Assembly (NCBI GenBank): GCA_010015805.1
Contig: ML978125.1
Span: forward strand, 248,001 to 312,000
Length of the DNA stretch: 64,000 nt
DNA from: Rhizodiscina lignyota
Taxonomy: Eukaryota
Direction: 5' to 3'
Positions 24,932-39,465 of the stretch are shown here, in pieces. Position 1 is the stretch's first letter; each line of letters opens with the position of its first letter. The translations under genes were made by a program, and so were the position numbers. Below the pieces are notes generated by a model. It was not told the DNA's origin and did not search any database. It was given only the letters and a program-made list of their open reading frames with translations.

Positions 24932-26490
24932 TCTTCACTGGTCTGGTTTAGGATGCGTTTATTTCAAGATATCTTCGGCCCAGATGAACTGGAGCTAGCG
25001 GACTGCATCCGGAGTCTGTTTGCCCGCGGATCGTGTGGTCGGTTCGACAATTGGAATAGTCTTTCAACTCGCTTTCTAGATGTTGCAGATTATGGTATCG
25101 CAATCGTGACATTGTGCTTAAATTTATACAATGACCTTCATCGCACACTTTTGAGACGGCTAGCCACGAAGAAAGAATAGATAGAGAAAGTAATGAAGAC
25201 AAGGCTTGTTTTAACAATGAATAGAATATGTTCTAATATTAATTCTCCTTACCTTGTGGCCATTGCAAGAGCCAGGCGCCCTGCTTGAGGCGACGGCAGA
25301 GTATTTGATCGCCCTCCGAGGAATTCAGTCATTTGAAGAAACTGAATCGCGTGGAGGAAGTAACCGTTGGAGCATGACATAATTTTAATTAAATCGCACG
25401 ATCGAGTACTCCCGTACTCCTTGGCTGTTTATTTAGGCTACAACCGGCACCTTGTCCTATTCGCGATCTCACGTTAGATGTTATTCCCCGGATCTCATCC
25501 CTGTCCATGCGGAGAGCACTACACAACTTCCAGGTACATTTGAAGCTTTGGAATACGGGTGCAACTTCCCTTCCCTCTTCGGGACTTCGGTAGTCTATAG
25601 CAAACTCCGCACGAGAAAGAGGATTTAAACCTTGGGCTCCTGCTTTTGCCTGTGATGTACGTCATCCGAATACTCCGCTATTTCGTAAAAAAACAACCAG
25701 AACGAGTTGTCTCCTCCTGTACAAAATACCTGCAATGTACCTTCTTCTGCATTGCAGTAGTGTCTCCTTCGGAAGGCGTTCAAGCCGTTACTAGCCTGTT
25801 GGAGATTATAGCTGAGGAGATTGGCATGGCTGTTCTAATTCTGAATTGAATCATGAATGGAAGTCTCTACGCCCCTTCATTGAAATGAGCCACTAGACTC
25901 AATTGGTATGTAAAAATATGTACGGACTGTAGTGAATGAGTAAAAGACTGGACTTGGATAAATAATTGAGACTCTGATGGCTCAATTACTCCGTTTGCAC
26001 TGAGGGTGACCAAGCAGTAGTACTTCCGTGTGAACTACCCAGATCCTGGACACCCTGCATTTCGGATTCTACCATATAGAGCGACGGCCGCTCAATCGAA
26101 CGATGTACAACTTGTGGAAACGACCTTACATCTCCGATCGGACCGTGTCTTGAAACCGCGGGGGATTTCTATCAAGGGCCAGACGGACATGTACCCTCCG
26201 CTCGGATCTGTTCAGTTTTGAGGCATCTGGGAAGAAATATGAATATAAAGAGACAAAGATTGATGCGGGGTGTAAAGAGGGGGAAATGGAATGAAGAATC
26301 CCGTAATAGGTCTTTACTCAGGAACGATGAGGAGTGCGGAAGGTGCACCCAAGCGAAGAAAGTGACTTGGGAGTATAAAACGTGAGCTGCTATTGATGGA
26401 ATCAAGATTCAGACAAGGCACTGGTTTGATGGGAACGTCGGACCCGGAAAGAAGGCAAAACGAATTCTTCATATCTTTCAATCAGCAGTG

Positions 26491-27705
26491 ATGGCGATTC
26501 AAAAGCTGCTGCTTGCGCTCGCATGCGTGATTCAACCGATTATCAGCCATGCCATCCCTTCTCAGGAGAAAAGGTATGGGCCAGCCGACGCCATCTCTAC
26601 CGTTGAATTGCCGTACATTCGAGAATACTTTTACTCTGGTGGAAAGTATGCCGACGATGGAAGCGGAGAGGGCACGCATATCTTCAAGGAACAAATGTAT
26701 GTTGAGCAACTTACGCCGAGGACTGGGACGATCAAAAAGTATCCCGTGGTCTTGATACATGGCGCGGCTCAGTCCGGCACAGTAAGTCACACTCTCTATG
26801 AAGAAGTTAGTAGAAGAGTCTGAGCATTGCAGAATTGGTTGAACAAACCGGATGGTGGCCGAGGATGGGCATCTGCTTTTCTCGAACAGGGCTATACGGT
26901 CTACATAGTGGACCAGACACTTCGGGGGCGCTCTCCGTGGCAGCCGGATAATGGAACCATGATAACCATCTCGGCAGAGCAAGCTGAAAAGCAGTTCACC
27001 GCGGTCCAAGATTACAACCTCTGGCCGCAGGCTAAATTCCATACCCAATGGCCGGGATCAGGTCGAATTGGAGATCCGATATTTGACACCTTTTACGCCA
27101 CTCAGATGCAATACCTCAATCAAACTCCGTATCAGCAATCCACAATCCAGAATGCTGGTGCCGCCTTACTTGATCGCATTGGAAAACCTGTGATCCTCTT
27201 TGGTCACTCGCAGGCGGGCCCGTATCCGCTGCTCATCGCCGATAAACGACCTCATCTTGTGCGGGCCATCGTTGGCCTCGAGCCATCTGGCCCACCGTTC
27301 AAAGATGCCATTTTCGACACGAATCCTGCTAGGGTTTGGGGTGTATCCGACATTCCCTTCACATATGATCCACCAATCACGGACCCTTCGCAATTGGTGA
27401 AGGTGGAGCATCCAGCACCCTCCTCAGATTTTGTCCCGTGTATCTTGCAAGCAGAGTCGCCGCCGCCCAGGAAGCTCATCAATCTGGTGGACATTCCGAT
27501 TATTGTGCTGACCACCCAAGCTTCGTATCATTCAACATACGATTACTGCACTGTAGAGTACTGGAAGCAAGCTGGCATAAAAGACGTTACACACCTCGAA
27601 CTGGCAAAGGTTGGGATCAAGGGGAACGCCCATATGGTTTTCATGGAGAAGAACAGTGATGTCGTTCAGGCGGAGATTGAGAGACGCATTAGCAAGTTCG
27701 AATGA
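26491..27705 (+). CDS. Secreted alpha/beta hydrolase (esterase 713-like), 1 intron
   Basis: Signal peptide [21 protein letters not shown], oxyanion motif [21 protein letters not shown], nucleophile elbow GHSQAG and catalytic His region [14 protein letters not shown]. Confidence 0.88.
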
Positions 27706-28372
27706 TCTTGAGAGTTTCAAGTAGCCCTGGTAGGGAAGTCTGTGATGTGGATACATCCAGCTGAGAAAAAGAAATATCATAGCGCTATTCCGCTTTTGGA
27801 CCTCTGCACGTGAGGCACTCTATTCTTCTACTGGACACTACTCATAATTCGCTTGTTTTTGAGACGGGGATAAAACCAAATATCCGTACTGTACTGAATG
27901 CTTCTAGTCATTAATAATTGATATCTTTTGCAATAATGATGGCTGTGATAAGTCATGTGCAATGTCTCCTCTCGGGCACTCAGCTTGTTCGGCAACGCCA
28001 GACCAGGAAGCGTTTCAGTTGAGGTGGAGAGCAACTCAACTCCGATGCACTTTGTAGTTGATCTTCGAGAAGCAAACACCAGACAATTCTCTCACCATCG
28101 TTCTCGAAGAACCCTATCATACAAGCGCATGTCCGATGCTTCCCGCTTGCCGCATCGTTGCGCGAAAACTATAAACTATGCCATTATACCGTCGGCGAAG
28201 ACATGCTGCATATGCAGCATCGCTGCTCTTGGTAGTTCGTACTATTGCGGGGCCGGTCAAAACGCTTGAGTATATCCAACCCGAATACCGTATATTCCAT
28301 AAACATGCCCAACGTGTCCATCATAAATACCGAAATCATCGCTGTGAACGTGAAAACGTACCGTCAGATATT

Positions 28373-30905
28373 TTACAAGCTCGTCACGCGCTGCCCAATG
28401 TTGTACATGCTGTACGGGCGTCTTCTACCTACAGGGTTCACCCCCTGCCCGCTCTTCCGTCTTGTCACTGTCGAGCTGGCATCGCCGTTCGGGCCACCAC
28501 CAGGTCCACCCCCAGATCCAATGACAGCCTCAAGCTCTTTTATCATTTGCCCACCCACATCCCTCTTTTCCCTCACAATGTTCGTCCTCTTTCGTTCCTC
28601 CATTAATCTTTGAACACGTTCCTGCGGCGTTCCCGTCAACGCTCTCGGTGGTCGCGGCGCGGCAACAGCCTCAAAGACTTCCTCCATCCCAACCCCCGAG
28701 TCGGGCGAATCGCTCGCATCCGTGCCTGTGGATACTCTTAATCTCGGGCTCGCAGACGATCTCCTCATCCGGCTGCCGAGGGAGGTCAGTCTGAACGAGG
28801 ACCGATCCGGTGAATCGCCGTCTCCTTCAAGAGCCTTGAGCGCATCACTCGGCGTCCCTGCGAGTCCGTTTAGCACCTCATCGACGGCCGTCAACCCGCC
28901 CAAGCTAACCGCTGGACTGCGTAGTCCAGAACTGCTCATCCCACTGGCCCTGCTGATGCGACGCCCCGCTCTCTCTAGACTGAGGGCTAGACCCGTACGG
29001 CCGGCCTCCCATGCTTGAACCAGGTTCTTCAGATCCGCACCAATGGCGTCATAGTGGGCGAGGAGGCTCGATCCGACCTCTGCGAGTTGCATGTCGTCGT
29101 CGGTAGCGCCGTCCATGCTATCGAAAGGAAAGGGGGATTGGGGATTGTTCTGCGTGGGTGTTGCTGTGAGTGCAAGTGCACTCTCTTCGCGGAGGATCTG
29201 CATTTTCGCTTGGAGTGAACGGATTCCTTGGCTCAGGGTTGCGAGTTTTCGGAATTGTGTACGGAGTCGTTCTCTTGTTGGGGTGCTGGACACGGTACTA
29301 CTCGAATTTGAATGTCCTGCATTTGTCGTAGGAGATGGTGAAGGGAGAGTGAACGGTTCTTCCTCAGAGAGGATATTGCACATCTTCTCTGCTGCTTCTC
29401 CAACCACTTGGGCGAGCCTTATCAACAGCTCACCCGCTACTCGCCAACGTGGATAGTCACCACTGGTACCATCGGCTTCCAATGCCATTAACGCACATAA
29501 GAATAACCGCCTTAGTGTGATGAGGCGATACTGGTGTATTCTGAGAGCCTTGAGACTCTCCATGTCCTCGAACTCATCTTCTTTCCACCCAGCAGTGGCT
29601 TGCTGAACATCGTCATTATTCACATCGTATACATCAAGATATCGTTCGAGGTCATCTTCGTCGATAATTTTTCGTAGAGTGGAGTAGGCTTCTGCGAGAG
29701 CGGGAATGGTGGCGGCGAAGGAATTACGGAGCGCTTTGCGCAGACGAACGCAGCGCTTTGTACTCGAAGACTGTTCGAGCCGAGTGATTGGAGGGAGAGG
29801 AACGCTTCTGCTTAGCGGATTAGCGAACATGTATGAGCAGCGATCCAAACAGTAGCATACAGCCTGTATCCTCTGCTGACTAGTTCAACTTCTTGGATGA
29901 GCAGAATAGCAGAAGAGCTTGACGCATCGAAGCTATGCAAATTTGTAGCGAGAGTAGACACAGACGTGACGGCCTGATGCCTAAGGTATAGAAGTAATTG
30001 TCTTCTTGCATAGACATAAAAAACCGTTGCTACGATTGTCAGCGCTACCAGCACTATAGCAGCCTTGCTTTTGTTGAAGGTATGAGCTCTCAAGCTCCCT
30101 CTTGACCAGTGCACTAGCCATATGAGCGTGAGCGCTGCGACTCCGGTCGCAATTGCGCTTGCTGGAGTTATGATTTTGAAGTCGATGGGTGATGGAGCGA
30201 GAGTTGACTCGTTGGGAGTAGAATTAGCTTTGAACGGTGCCTGGTTGGTATGTTCCTCGAGGAGTTCTGAGGCGACGAGGATGTAGCGGAAGTGCTCTAT
30301 AAAGCGCGCATTTTCCGCAGCTGAGGGTTTGGCTTTAATCGCGCGCTACAGACACGTTAGCATCACGATCTCCATTCCACAGCACTTTCACGACTTACCG
30401 CGCATGCGCTACATAGCCCAGCAATTGGCCCTTCTCTGGATATTTTCGGCTTTAAAGGTGGTGGTATCATGCTTCGAAATGCTTTCCTAGGTTTTGGAGG
30501 GCCACGCGGCGCGTACTCAGGTTTTGCTCTGCTTTGTACCGTAGCGGCCGCGCCATCTTGTGGATCATCCTGTGAATGATCTTTGTCCCCCTCTTCGTCA
30601 GCTGAGTAACTGGGGTCCTCCCATTCATCCTCTGCGTGTCCGGCTCCTATCCGCGACGTCAGTGTATTCACAACCGCAGCGGCGGTGAGCGCGTAAATTG
30701 ACGAGCGCTCCTTGCACAGCACGACGACCATTGGGTTCGCGGTATGTGAAGAAGCGCAAAGAGGGTCATGTTTTGACGCGACGGCGGACGCGCGGGTTGG
30801 AGTGGCATGGATGTCCTCTCTTCCTTGCCTCGGTGGTTGAAATAAATGACACGTACCTTCAAGGTATTCAGCCAGCGGAGAGTCTTCGTATATGATGTTT
30901 TCCAT
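28373..30905 (-). CDS. vezA: Vezatin-like myosin/dynein-associated membrane protein (multi-exon)
   Basis: N-terminus MENIIYEDSPLAEYLEG, two TM helices near 30000-30170, spliced motif QEVELVSRGYRL|SVPLPPITRLE, and C-terminal coiled coils (IRSLQAKMQILREE; MIKELEAVI). Confidence 0.8.
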
Positions 30906-31794
30906 CGCCTCCACTTCGGTCGGATATCGCACCCGGTAAACCTTGGTTCCCACGGATGTGAGAATGATGAGCGGAGGTTAATGAGTAGAGGCGCCCCAAT
31001 CACTGTTCATGATTGAATTGGACAATTTCGCCAGTCGACGGGTCCTGAGGCCTGTGCACGCGTGAGTCCAGGGATTGGGGCGTTCGCACGTGGGCACGGG
31101 GAATGATCCGCGGATGTTTTGCTTATGACGAGACTCGGCGGCCTTTCACGGGCAGGGGTGCGTGGATGCGGGTTGAAGAAGAAGAATGAAGTAAATTAGC
31201 AATAGCAGTGAAGAATTGAAGCGGCGTGAATGCAAGCTGGCGCCAGAGATGGCTCATCTCATTACTGGGATGGGCAATTTTCGAACGTTGGCAGTCGCTA
31301 AAGACGCGCTAAGGACGAACGCGCCTATTTGCGCCAAGCCTTCAGCCACGAGACACGGTCACGAGCCACAGCGCGGACTGGAGATCTGCCCGCTCCGTCG
31401 CGTGACTTTGACGACGTCGTGGCTTGGAAGGAGATCCTCTGCATGCCGCAAACAAGCGCGAGGCGTCCGCCTCGTCCCGAACGAACGTTTCGCAAAGCAC
31501 ATCACCAGCCTCAAACATGCCACTTCGCCTCCCTGCCGTTACGCCTTATAGGGCTAACATCAGTGGTCCATGAGACGGAAACATCGGGACAAGCAGACAA
31601 CGCAGATTTATTAACTTCTCAGCGGAATACGTCCGCCCGAGTCAGTTTACTACCGTAATGCTTTGTAAAAATGGCCCAGCAGTGATATCGAACGAGATCC
31701 CAAAGGTTTCCAGAGGCAAATCCGACGCTATGCTCCCAAGCTTGTAGCCGTCCAAATCATACGCCAAAAAGAGACAGTGCGTACATATGCCGAA

Positions 31795-33116
31795 CTAGGA
31801 TTGCCACGGTCTTCGTCCATACACGACAGTACTGGATCTGGTCAGCATCTTATCTTGTTTCCTGGGGACGTGAGAAGTGGCTAGAAGCAAAAGAAACTTT
31901 TTTCCGCCACTCACCCTTCAAGATACGCATGGGTATCGTAGTCCTTCAAGTTCTTGCGCATCTCATGCAGGAACAGTTGGGCGCGTTGAAAGGACCACTA
32001 TGTATGCATGTCAGCATGCCGCATCAAACCAAAGCGCGGCAAAGTTGCCATTTATGAACCAACTCCACTTACACCTCCAGCCACAGTCAGTAATCGCAGC
32101 ATCATGCCCTCCACGCCCTCATGGAGACGCAGCTGGTTCCACCTGCCTATTTCTCTCATTTTCGCGTCTGAGCTCCACCCGTTCATTGGCCATTTGTACC
32201 TTATTTCAGTGACTTCGACGAAGCCCGCCTGCTCCATCTTTTCGCGGCTTTCCTGCCATATGTTAAACGTCTTTCCGAAACGTCCTCCCATTTCAATGAC
32301 AGTCCTCCCCCACAGCCTATAGAAGTGATCTTCTGGCACCGTCTCATCATCGGCGGTTGGCTGAACGCTGTGCTCCACAATCTCCACCCAACCGCCTGGT
32401 CTCACGCAGCGGAAGCACTGCTGGAAGAAGTAGTCCCAATCTGGTATGCTGCCGAACATTTCGCGAATATGGATAAAATCGAAGTGGTCTTCAGGGTACG
32501 TCCACTCGAGCGTAACATCATCCACCTCAAAGGAGCAGTTCGGTGGCACAAAGTCCGGCTGTATAGCGCTCAGATCTGTCCCAACAACTGCAGCAGACGG
32601 ATACTGGTCTGCCATGTCGATTGCCCAAATGCCCGTCCCTGTTCCAACGTCCAGTATGCGATGTGGATTGTTCTCTATTGGTGCAAGGTGTAATTTGCCG
32701 TCCAGCGTGAGCAAATACATGTGGTGCGCGAGGTCCTGTGTCTCATTCGCAGGCTCATCATTCGGGCCCCAATATGCGCCGTCGCGATACGCGTGGTATT
32801 GCCTGCCATTCTCCGTACGGTATTCTGTGATGAAACTCGCCAATGTCATTGTGTCGTCGCCAAGCAGGGACTCGCTGTCGTAGGCCGAGTCTCCGGACGG
32901 GAATGCGTCCTCGTTGTCGGAGTCATGTTGGGCGGCCACGTCAGGATTGGCATTGAAGGATAGGGTTTCGATAGGGTTTGATGTAGGTACTGCTGGTACC
33001 TCTGGTGCGTTGGAAGGTGATTTGGGGGGAGAGGGGACGTCGTCTCCCTCATCGGGGGGTAGATGCACGGCGCTGTCGCGGCCAGTGGGTTGTTGCTCGG
33101 GCCCAACCCCCGCCAT
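31795..33116 (-). CDS. LaeA-like class I SAM-dependent methyltransferase (2 introns near the 3' end)
   Basis: ENGRQYHAYRDGAYWGPNDE, ILDVGTGTGIWAIDMAD, GTDLSAIQP and PGGWVE motifs. Terminal exon TVVYGRRPWQS*. Confidence 0.9.
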
Positions 33117-33693
33117 TGTTGAATTACATGCGCAATTGACTCTAGCCTTGGTGTCGTGCTAAGCCTCGGCGCATAGACGCATCGCAACACTGCCAACAGC
33201 GAAGAACGAGGAGGAGATGTGCTGAAACGCAAACCGCGGTGCGGTTCGAATCGCACGGATGCACTTTTGAGCGTGCGAACAGCCCTGCCGGGCGTGGGAG
33301 GATGCGTGGAATGACGAACAGGGTCTAGCCCCGAAGCCACCACGGGCGCCAAACTCCGTTGAGATCGGCGCTGCCGGGAAGCGAAGCGAAGGGCGTCTAG
33401 CGGACGATGCAGCCGAGGGTGACGCTGGTGCTGACCAGTCGCGGTTTTAACGTGGCATCTCTGAGGTGGAAGCGGGACGCAGGAATGCAAATGGCATGTC
33501 ATCTTGCTTTTTGGTCTCGCTCGGCGTTCGCGCGCATCCTTTGTTCCATATCTGCGGTGTACACCACGATGACAGGCTCGCATCTCAAGTCTCATTCATC
33601 CGCGGTTCTGGCTCTGCGTCTGCTTCGGTGTTCTCCGGGCCAATACAGCGCGACGACAAACCTCTGTAGCCTGATTGGGCCAGATCTCTCGAT

Positions 33694-35116
33694 ATGACGG
33701 ATCACCAAGATGTGGGCGATAATGCGACTGTGCTGATCATAGGATCTGGTGCGCATCGTCCCCGGTCGTTTGACAATCAGTGGCAACTTTCGTGGACAGA
33801 TACTCACCTTTTCTATCGTGTGCAGGCAGCACCGGATTGGCGCTCGCTCAGGGGCTGCTAAAAGTATGTCCGAAGGCAGACACCTTACGTTTTGTCTCGT
33901 ATATTATCGCCACTCAGATATCTGACGACGAACGGTGTAGGCAGGCGTGAAATGCATCGTATTCGAGAAAGATGCCAGTCAGACCGCAAAGTCGAGAGAC
34001 TGGAACATGGGCTTGCACTGGGGCGCAGCGCCTCTCGAGGCCGTTCTCTCAGCTGAGGGCTGGAGTAAGCTACAGACAGTTCAGGTGGATCCGAACGTCC
34101 CAGCCAAGCCGAATGATACCCTACACTTCCTCAACTCGCAGACAGGCGAGGTGATGGGAGGCGCCACAGTTGACCTGTTCTATCGTCTGCGGCGAAGTAA
34201 GTTGCGAGCTCTGCTAGCGGAGGGACTCGATGTCCGTTACGGGAAGCGGTTCAAGGACGCCGATTTTTCGGATTATGAGCAAACAGTGACCGCATACTTT
34301 GAAGATGGCAGTTCTGCTGTCGGTCGGATGTTAGTCGGCGCGGACGGCTCTCGATCATCTGTTAGACGTGCTCTGATACCGGACAACTTTGAGAATCAGC
34401 GCTTATCTTATGCTGCGACGTTTGTACAAGCCAGTTTCACGAGAGAGCAAGCGCAATTCCTGCGCCAATTTCACCCTCTATACCTCGCTGGGATCCACCC
34501 TGTCGGTCAGTTCTCATTCTTTGGCATTCAAGATGCATCCGATGAGACTCGTCCGGAAACGTGGATATTCTTCTTCTACATTTCCTGGCCATCTTCGCTT
34601 GAAGAGCAAGATGCTACAGAGGATTGGTCAGATGCCCAGCGACTTCAGCAGCTCAAGGACTTCGCCAAAGACTATGCGGATCCGTGGAAAAGCGCCTTGG
34701 AATGGGTTCCGCAGGACCATCCGGTGTGGTATCTCCGATTGAGTGACTGGGATCCAGGAGCAGAAGGTCATCAATGGGACAACCAGCGTGGACGAGCGAC
34801 TCTTGTAGGAGACGCAGCTCATACTATGACATATCAACGCGGCCAAGGCCTGAACCATTCGATTACCGACGCCGCGAAGCTGACCGATGCCTTGAAGCTG
34901 TTCATGGTCAATACTTCAAACGATGTCTCGGCTGGGGCGGAGAGTGGTGATGTACACCTTCAAGAGGAAAGTATCAATGCCTTTGAGGTGGAAATGATAG
35001 CGAGGGGTGGGGCCGAAGTTCGAATGTCTACAACAAATACGAAAATGCTCCACGATTGGGAGAGCGCACTTCGAAGCCCCGTCATGACTAAAGGCATGCA
35101 TCGTGAGAAGAAGTGA
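33694..35116 (+). CDS. FAD-dependent monooxygenase (class A aromatic hydroxylase-like), 2 introns
   Basis: Spliced Rossmann motif VLIIGS|GSTGLALAQGL, DG motif LVGADGSRSSVR and GD motif TLVGDAAHTMTYQRGQGLNHSITD. Confidence 0.9.
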
Positions 35117-37189
35117 CGAGGGTAAGCGAAGGTATATGCAATCTTGCGAGAAGAAATGGTTTTTTGGAGTAGTCTATGAAGCCAAAGGCATGATGGAAAA
35201 GGAAAATGTACGCATGATATGGTGAATAGAGTCTCGCCCCCGACTTAGGCATGTTAATGGTCCGGAATTTGCATATCAGCTACGGGGACTAAATTACGAA
35301 TATCAAAAGAACATTTTGAAATATGTTCTGAAGCTTCTATACTGCTCTTGGGTTATTGTCCGTTGATTTTTCAGCATTGCTTCGAGGCTGTGAAAAAAGG
35401 TGATGTTGAGTTTGAGTGTGCACACCCATGCAATGCAGGTCACTGAATCAGTGGGACAAGGGCCTGTACCGTGGTTGTGGGGATGAGAAAATTGTCATCA
35501 ATGTTTCAGCTGTCGCGCTGGAAAAATCCAGTTAAATAAGGGGACGGTCGGATAAGAGAAAAGACTGCGGAAATAAAAGATTTGATTAGGTTCGTGCCCG
35601 CAAGGATTGGTGATGTCGTGCAGCTCGTCGACGTCTTTCGATGAGGAATCTTGTGCCCAAGCCACAGCTGAGGCGCACTTTCGCTTCTGCTGCTTAGTTA
35701 ATGCCTCGCCAAGTTAGTAAGGCGTTCACCCGCCCTCCAGATCGATTTGTGAGGAGGCCGACTCCATGACACTCGCGTGTTGACTCGTTGGCGTTGGTGT
35801 TGGTGTTGGGCAGAAGGCGCGCGGATCTGCTCGATCACAGAGATCGCAGGAGACGCAATATAAAGGGGGGCCAGAGCACACGCATTGAGGCAAAGATAAC
35901 GGCTTGAAGCGCAGCATCGCGTCGTGAATGGAGGAGGGAGAAAGTAGAGACATGGATTCGTGAGGTGCGGCAAGATTACAAACTGGTGGATCCACGGCCA
36001 CATCCGTCCGCTGGCCAGCCTCCAGCCCTACGGCCAATCCTTGGCGGCTTCATGTCAGCGCAACTGGACGAACGAGTGGTCGTGGGGGATTACTCATTAA
36101 TGACAGCGCCGTACAAGAAGATTCCATTTGCTGGCCCAACTGCTGCTTGGGGGGCAGAATGGCGGCGATCATCTTGGGGGTTCCTGCATTCACTTCTGCG
36201 ATGCACAAATGGAGTGCATGCCCGATTCATTGCATGGGCTAATCCGGAGCCGCCATACCGAACGGCACGACCGGGCCTGTACCGGGCTCTGCTTACAGAC
36301 CGCCTGCTGCGAATCTCCCAGAGAGAGCAGGGCGGCCGTCATGGCGCTCGAATTCGCTGCGAGCGCGGCTGCCTGAGCCGTTTCCAGTGTGGACATCCAG
36401 CGCCAGTTCCAGATCCCGCTCTCGAAAGAGGCTCACTCGGATGCGCACGGTCACACGGCCATTCAGAATCATCACAGCCACGGCGCGGGTGACTGGCGAG
36501 ATACAGATACTCGCCGGCCTGACGTCGTGCTGTCTTCACTCTAACGCTCCAAGCAGCACTCGCATCCTCGCGTTCGCGCTCTTTCGCTTCGTCCCACCAA
36601 CGGAGGCCTCCCAGCCAGCTCCCCCATGACTGACTCACCTCCACGAAATCATTATGCAAGTTGCCACGGCTCTCTGGTTCGACCGCAGCAACCGCTACGA
36701 CAGCCTTAACCCGCTGACGTTGGGGTCGTGGCTCAGGCACCGCGCCGGTCACCATTCCCTTCCAAGTATCTACATACATGCGCGTGCTTCCGCCTCTCCG
36801 TTCTCGAATCCTGTAGACGATACTCCAAGCTCCATCCACCATGACACGCCCCGTTGGCGCGGCTGGTGGCGTGGCAAGCTGCAGAGCCCTACCACCTTGA
36901 GCCAGGGCCTTTGATATGTCCGAGCGTAGGTTCCAATATCACCTTCATACTTATACCTGAATATCATTTTGGACCCCTTGGCCCTTCCCCAGATTGTCGT
37001 CATTCAGCTTCACTCGCGAGACTTTTCACTTTGTTCTCAGCCATTCCTTTGATTACGAATATTTGTCTACAACAAGAACTGGCATCTGGAGTCCCGGCGA
37101 CTTGCTATTGGCTTTGCTCACAAGCGTAGTCCACCCCGTCTGTCAACCGTCTTAAGCTTACTCCAACATCAACTCTGCTCCCTGCGTCC

Positions 37190-38311
37190 ATGAGAGTTAT
37201 ATCAGCCTGCTTCAGGAGCCCAGAGGTTCGACATCGCCGCAAGATTTGTTTCCGTGCATTCTTACGCTTCCGCAACCGTCGACATAAAAAGGGGACGGAA
37301 CCCGCTACGCCTGCAGAGGAAGTCAATCACGACGATTCCTCCGACAAGAGCAGTGAATATCTATATACCAACCTAAATACGGACGACTTGGTCCATGACA
37401 TCACTATGGCTTTACAAGATGCCAACCGCGACTGGCAAACAAACATCGAACGCGCCAGACAGCTTATGAGCGTCTCAGACCAGACCAACTTGATGGACGA
37501 TCGAAACGCGCTAGAACGGCAGATATCCGTGGTGGAGACGTTACAGAACCTCGCGTTTCATGATGCCGATGCGGGAGGGATTTCTGACATGGCAGACTGG
37601 TGCCTCCGGAGTTGGTTGAGGATCCTCTCGCACCATCCTCAAGAAGTACGCGTTCTGAGCGGTGAGTATGACCCCAGCTGATGAACATGCGGCTGGATCA
37701 CTAACACGCTTGCAGCGATCGGGCGATGGTGGCTTGCAAGAGCTCAACCTTTACTCGCGCGTATTGCGGTCCATGACAACACATCTTCGTCAGGGAGCTC
37801 GCACAGTCCAACACGCACATTGGCATCTCGAGCACGGACGACAGCATCAAGCGAAGAACGACAAGCAGATCGCGCAGCGCATGAAGCGGAGGCACGAATG
37901 CATCTACCAGACTATGTCGAAGCGAGGGGGGTCTTACTTCCAGCAACGGAATATCTCCGCCAGGCTGTCGCAGCCGCGACTGAGCAAAGGATACTAACGG
38001 GGGATTTGCTGTTGGCGGTGCGTATTTGCCACCTTTCCTTACCATCAGAAATCAAAAACGGCAGCTAATGAACGTTTCTAGGCAGCGGAGGCTTACATGA
38101 GTTTGGGCAATGTTTCCTATGCTCGCGTGGGGGAGGGAATTTTCGAGCACGCAGTGTTGTATCTGCGGGCCGCTTCCAACATTTCAGGGTTTACGCTTCC
38201 TCGCCACCTTCGACGGTGAGTGCGGGCCCTGTATTATGCAAAGGTTTTCCTCACTAAGCACGCTAACTGGAGTGTAGGTGGCTGGACGACTATGGAAGAT
38301 TCGTCTCATAG
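37190..38311 (+). CDS. Uncharacterised helical protein (3 introns); start codon uncertain
   Basis: Three canonical short introns join LAFHDADAGGISDMADWC..., DYVEARGVLLPATEYL..., AAEAYMSLGNV... and WLDDYGRFVS* into one frame. Confidence 0.7.
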
Positions 38312-39465
38312 TTGTGTGCGATATCACGAGTGTACGATTCTTATGACAGTACGCGAGCAGGTTCTCGCGCGTAAGCGACTTTCTTTCGGCATCATTCTTC
38401 GCTACTGGTCTGGGGCCAAGAAAGAGCGTTTGCTGTGTTCGTTTCTCGTGCGTGTGAATAAGGTTATTCTGCGAAGTTGGTTCGGCCGTAGGGAGCTTTT
38501 GCATGACGCCTTTGACAGGCCAGGAGTCGTATACCACGGGTGGTATGTTTTTGGGTGTGCTGGTCAGTTTTCGCATAGCTCGCGTATCAAAAGTTGGCAT
38601 TTCTAGCGAAGAGATGAACCCTCCGTTGTTCCTCGCACGTATGCGGTTTGCATTGGTATGATCACAAAATGCATTCTCGGCGCGGTTCAGCGGAGGCTTG
38701 GCGCTACAACATTGTCGAAACTCGGAATACAGCTGTACGGTAATCTCGTTACGATCAGTAACACCGAACTAGCCCCGCTTAGTTCACGGAGCCGGGGTTT
38801 AAAATCGTGCGAGACCGAGGAGAGGGCAGAATTAGAAAATGAGGAGAGATTCCTCTTAGTTCCATCCTTAGACTCCCAACAATATGATGACGATCATGAC
38901 ATCGCGAGCCGGTTAACCACCAGAAAAAAGCGCGGGAGCAAACGGAATATTATCGCTAAAGATGGGACAAGACGGGGAAATCTTCGAGTGACGATGACTT
39001 GGAGTTCGGCTTTCGGAGGTCGGATCATTTTGAGCCGATTTTACGACGTCAGAACAGGGAAGGCATCCTCCTCACTTCCTTAACCAACGACATCCATCTC
39101 CTGCCCATGTCCCGCTCCGCCAGTCCGCTCCACCCTCTAGACTTCTCGTCCGCACGCAATGTGACTGCAAGGCTGTAACTCAGCCCGGCACAGCCTCGTT
39201 GCCTGTGATCAGCAACTTGCAATCTTCTCAACATCAGATGAGTCTCATTCTTTCATTCCACATCTCTGAATTGTTCGGCGGTCAAATTGCTTGAGTCCAT
39301 GCGCTTCTCTGTTTCGTAATGTCTTGAAGGCAACCAATTAAGGCTCTCCGCATTGCTGTAGCCACCCTCTCTACGCTCAATCGGGGCATTTCTTTCGTCA
39401 ATGCTGAACATTGCGCCACCACTCTGTCCCAGTAAATCAAACGGCTCGGATCGTAGCGGAACGGT

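Noticed and set aside
24953..25849. Short protein-looking ORFs (75 aa and 67 aa) after the transporter
   Set aside because: They have no motifs or splice support and lie in 3'UTR or intergenic sequence.
32846..33595. 249-aa Arg/Pro-rich minus-strand ORF
   Set aside because: It is an off-frame overlap with the methyltransferase start and a GC-rich promoter, with composition typical of spurious ORFs.
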